From: a virus
Lineage: Duplodnaviria > Caudoviricetes
IMG/VR virus record: IMGVR_UViG_3300050004_000004
Location: 1 to 28,076 of that record
Direction: 5' to 3' (one strand)
DNA length: 28,076 nucleotides
Shown here in pieces: positions 25,525-28,076 of the stretch. The position numbers were made by a program, and so were the translations under genes. The notes under the pieces are model-generated. The model was not told where the DNA came from. It saw nothing but the letters and a program-made list of their open reading frames with translations, and made no database searches. Position 1 is the stretch's first letter. Every line of letters begins with the position of its first letter.

Positions 25525-25703
25525 CTCACCTCCCCGCGAAGCACCAACGATTCACGAACGACTTCCCGTGCCTCCGCCAGGTTCACGGCCATCGTGGTCG
25601 CAGCCGCAGCGTAAGCCAGCCCGTACGCGACCGCCGGTTCACCCCGCAGCGCCACCGCAGCGAACACGGCCCAGTAGGCCGAGACGGATTCATACACGGC
25701 CAA
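25521..25703 (-). CDS. 60-aa hydrophobic hypothetical protein
   Basis: Overlaps both neighbours; Ala-rich hydrophobic segments. Confidence 0.55.
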   Translation of the reverse strand: MAVYESVSAYWAVFAAVALRGEPAVAYGLAYAAAATTMAVNLAEAREVVRESLVLRGEVR

Positions 25704-26226
25704 CCACCGTCCAGTGACCCTTCGTCAGGTCCTCCGAGTTGTACGACAGCGGGAATTCCACGCTGCGCCAGGGGTGCGGGTAGTCGCTGTCGTCGTATAC
25801 CTTCACCGCACGCTCCTCGCCGTGGCCGTACGCCCTGCGGATGATCGTACCCAGCTCGTACGACGAGTCTTGCCCCGGTAAGTAACCATGCTGCGGGCAA
25901 GGGCGGGGGTCGGCCAACATCCCGGGTTTGCAGCACCAGTCCCCCGGGGACGGATCAGCCAGGAGCTCCGCCACCTGCCGCATTGTGCGCAGCCACGCCA
26001 GCAAGCCGCCTTCGGCCCCTCCCGCTGCCGCAGCGGCTTCAGAACCCGTAAGCCCCGCCCCGGTCAGCGCCTCGGCGGTCTCGCGCTTAAGCTGCGGTAC
26101 AGCGCCTTCCAGCCCAGTCGTGAGCGTGCGGTGCCAGTGCGCGACGGTTTCCCGCTGCGCGTCGCTCATGACCCGCACCAGCCGCGCCATTTGCGGGAAC
26201 TCTTCGTACCTACGAGAACGAGCCAT
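25690..26226 (-). CDS. Hypothetical protein, about 178 aa, with a CC-x9-CPQH motif
   Basis: ATG 26226 after GAAAGG; the longer track ORF lies under the upstream gene. Confidence 0.6.
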   Translation of the reverse strand: MARSRRYEEFPQMARLVRVMSDAQRETVAHWHRTLTTGLEGAVPQLKRETAEALTGAGLTGSEAAAAAGGAEGGLLAWLRTMRQVAELLADPSPGDWCCKPGMLADPRPCPQHGYLPGQDSSYELGTIIRRAYGHGEERAVKVYDDSDYPHPWRSVEFPLSYNSEDLTKGHWTVVGRV

Positions 26227-26428
26227 CGTCGATAACCTTTCTGATCGCGGCCACCGTCGGGCTGACCCCGTCCGCTTCGCACATGCTGCGCACCCGCAGC
26301 AACAGCCGCTCCATGTGCAGGTTCTGGTTGACGAGGTCCTGCACCTCGCCCGTGATCTCCCGAGTGACGGCCGCGCTGGGTGTTCCAAATGAACAGGCAG
26401 CCTGCACCTTCCGCACTAGCTCACTCAT
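26210..26428 (-). CDS. Hypothetical protein, 72 aa
   Basis: GGAGG SD; overlaps both neighbours. Confidence 0.6.
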   Translation of the reverse strand: MSELVRKVQAACSFGTPSAAVTREITGEVQDLVNQNLHMERLLLRVRSMCEADGVSPTVAAIRKVIDDGSFS

Positions 26429-26915
26429 CGAGCGCCCTCCCTATCTTGTGGGCCAGCTGGTGAACGGCCGACAGGCGCTGCCAGCCCTTCATGGCCTCCT
26501 GCACCCGACCGAGCCTGACTTCCGCCTTGCCCATGCGCTCCACGGCCATCAGCGCGGTTTGCTTCTCCAGTGTCACGGCGCGGAAGTGTTGAACGCCAAG
26601 CTGCCGCGCGTCCGTCGCCCACTTGGCCAGGCGGTCGCCGCTCGCCGTAAGTTCTTCTAGTTGACCGGGACGAGCAGAGATGTTTGCCTGCGCGTACAGC
26701 TTGCGCGCTTCCGCCATCAGGGCAATGGACAACTGCTCCGCCGACGTGCCTGGCCGCAGGTTCTGGTCGAAACCGGTAGCCAGCAACAACATCGAGTCAG
26801 CCCAGCCCTGAATGAGCTGGCCGAGACCGCCCCCGACCTCGTCGGCTGCTCGTGCTACTGCCTGCGCCAGGTGCCGCAGGTCTTCCGGGGTCACACCTTG
26901 CGCGTCAGTAGTCAC
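26421..26915 (-). CDS. Hypothetical helical/coiled-coil protein, 164 aa
   Basis: Tiles the operon; helical composition. Confidence 0.65.
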   Translation of the reverse strand: MTTDAQGVTPEDLRHLAQAVARAADEVGGGLGQLIQGWADSMLLLATGFDQNLRPGTSAEQLSIALMAEARKLYAQANISARPGQLEELTASGDRLAKWATDARQLGVQHFRAVTLEKQTALMAVERMGKAEVRLGRVQEAMKGWQRLSAVHQLAHKIGRALDE

Positions 26916-27237
26916 TGGCGTCCCCGTTCGCGTAGCGCCCCGCCAGCACGGCGGCTTCGCGGCTCAGATAGCCGCTGTGCGCCCGAATGACGTCGGGGGT
27001 ACCCAGCAACTGAACCAGCGACGCTATGCCCTCAGGGGCCGAATCAGCGTCGAGAGCGGCCACCACCAGTGCGCGCACGCGGCGGTCGCGCCGGTAGGTG
27101 GACCAGCTCGTCACGGCACCTATGGTCATCCCGCCGAGGGCTGCGCCAGCGACGCCAAGGGGGCCACCCCAGATGAACCCCATGACGACACCGCTCAGGG
27201 CCAAGGCAATCGCGAGGCAAATCCCAACCTGCTTCAC
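26905..27237 (-). CDS. Membrane protein, about 110 aa, two N-terminal TM segments
   Basis: GTG 27237 in GTGA overlap; ICLAIALALSGVVMGFIW and GVAGAALGGMTIGAV. Confidence 0.6.
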   Translation of the reverse strand: MKQVGICLAIALALSGVVMGFIWGGPLGVAGAALGGMTIGAVTSWSTYRRDRRVRALVVAALDADSAPEGIASLVQLLGTPDVIRAHSGYLSREAAVLAGRYANGDASDY

Positions 27238-27473
27238 GAGGCCACCCCCTGCCAACGCGGTACCGCCATCTCCCATTCCTGCGAGAAGTATTCCCGTAGC
27301 CGCCACCACGACTCCTCCAGGGGCCATGCGAGAGCCAGTACGACAACGCGAGCCGTATCCCGCGCGCTGACCCGGCGCAAGCCGTGGTTGCCCAGCTCCC
27401 AGTTCCGCGCCAACGCGAACAATGCGGCCACCAGATAGGACGCGACGAGTGTGCAAGCCAGTAATCCCAACAT
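27234..27473 (-). CDS. Membrane protein, about 79 aa
   Basis: ATG 27473 after AGGAG; two hydrophobic segments, LALAWPL motif. Confidence 0.6.
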   Translation of the reverse strand: MLGLLACTLVASYLVAALFALARNWELGNHGLRRVSARDTARVVVLALAWPLEESWWRLREYFSQEWEMAVPRWQGVAS

Positions 27474-27474
27474 G

Positions 27475-28076
27475 TCAGTTCTCCTGTACGCCAACGAATT
27501 GGAGCAAACCGTCTTCGGTCACGCCGACGGGGTACTCTCCGTCATTGAGGGGGAGCGTGTTCCACTCCACCCACCTGTCGAATACTTCCTGCGCCTTGCA
27601 CGCGGTGAGACAATCCACCACGTGTCCCAGCAGGCGCGGCCTTCCGTTCTCCACGATCATAAAGTGCGAGGCGGGGCGCTCCGGCGGCTTGGCGGCAACG
27701 ACGTACTGCCGTGCCACTTCCCCGCATAGCTCGTCGTACAGCTGGAGCAGAACCGGCTCCGGGCACCAGTCTTCGATCTGCTGGCGCTGCCGGTTGTACA
27801 GCTTGATGAAGTCTTCTCGCGTCATCCCCACCCGCACCAGGTCCTCCGCAGCATTGATCACATGCACCAGCTTCGGCATGATCTTGTCCACGCTGCGGAC
27901 GAACCGGGCGACGGGGTCCCGCTGGCTTTCGTATTCGCGGACCAGCCGCGCGAACCAGGGCAGGCGCTTCACGAACTGCTGGTGTAGCCGCTCGGTCGCC
28001 ACCCCTTCGCGCGCTTCCTTGGCCGCGTATTCTTCGGGCGTGATCTTGTGCGTCGGCGTGTCGCCCGCGTATACCT
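27475..28076 (-). CDS. HD-domain phosphohydrolase (YfbR/HDDC2-like nucleotidase family); 5' end outside the window
   Basis: Frame is open to the edge: (E)VYAGDTPT...KEARE..A..RL, EYE....VARFVRSVDKIMP. The HD dyad itself lies beyond the edge. Confidence 0.7.
   Translation of the reverse strand, partial: VYAGDTPTHKITPEEYAAKEAREGVATERLHQQFVKRLPWFARLVREYESQRDPVARFVRSVDKIMPKLVHVINAAEDLVRVGMTREDFIKLYNRQRQQIEDWCPEPVLLQLYDELCGEVARQYVVAAKPPERPASHFMIVENGRPRLLGHVVDCLTACKAQEVFDRWVEWNTLPLNDGEYPVGVTEDGLLQFVGVQEN

Noticed and set aside
74-27729. Many long plus-strand ORFs (e.g. 268..909, 6238..7137, 9521..10723, 14390..15688)
   Set aside because: Antisense shadows of high-GC3 minus-strand genes; the minus strand is already fully tiled with coupled, recognisable genes.
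1-28076. tRNA/rRNA genes, integrase/att, lysis cassette, introns or inteins
   Set aside because: None recognised; intergenic gaps are short, and TerL and portal have normal sizes.

Overview
A 28-kb piece of a high-GC siphovirus or prophage, probably infecting an actinobacterium (inferred from GC content, GC3 bias and gene-family resemblance). Every supported gene is on the minus strand and many are coupled by ATGA/GTGA/TGATG/TAATG overlaps. Reading right to left: an edge-truncated HD phosphohydrolase, small accessory and membrane genes, a RuvC-like resolvase, an AT-rich control region with a (CTTT)6 run, accessory ORFs, putative TerS, micro-ORFs and a half-size PnuC-like protein, TerL, a stand-alone JAB/MPN+ metalloprotease, portal, MuF-like protein, scaffold, decoration protein, major capsid, SAP-like protein, adaptor, a fibre-like subunit, a LamG-repeat-stopper fusion, neck and terminator proteins, major tail, tail chaperones, tape measure, two minor tail proteins and an edge-truncated Asp-box beta-propeller tail protein. 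The best candidate for a new system: no conventional prohead protease is recognisable in the head module, but it has an intact JAB protease, and both scaffold and capsid begin with leaders ending in a ubiquitin-like hydrophobic-GG motif. This suggests deubiquitinase-style capsid maturation. Other highlights are a probable overprinted gene inside MuF, a predicted +1 chaperone frameshift at UUU_CGU, and a lectin-tipped stopper fusion. All family assignments come from motif recognition and synteny; no searches were run.
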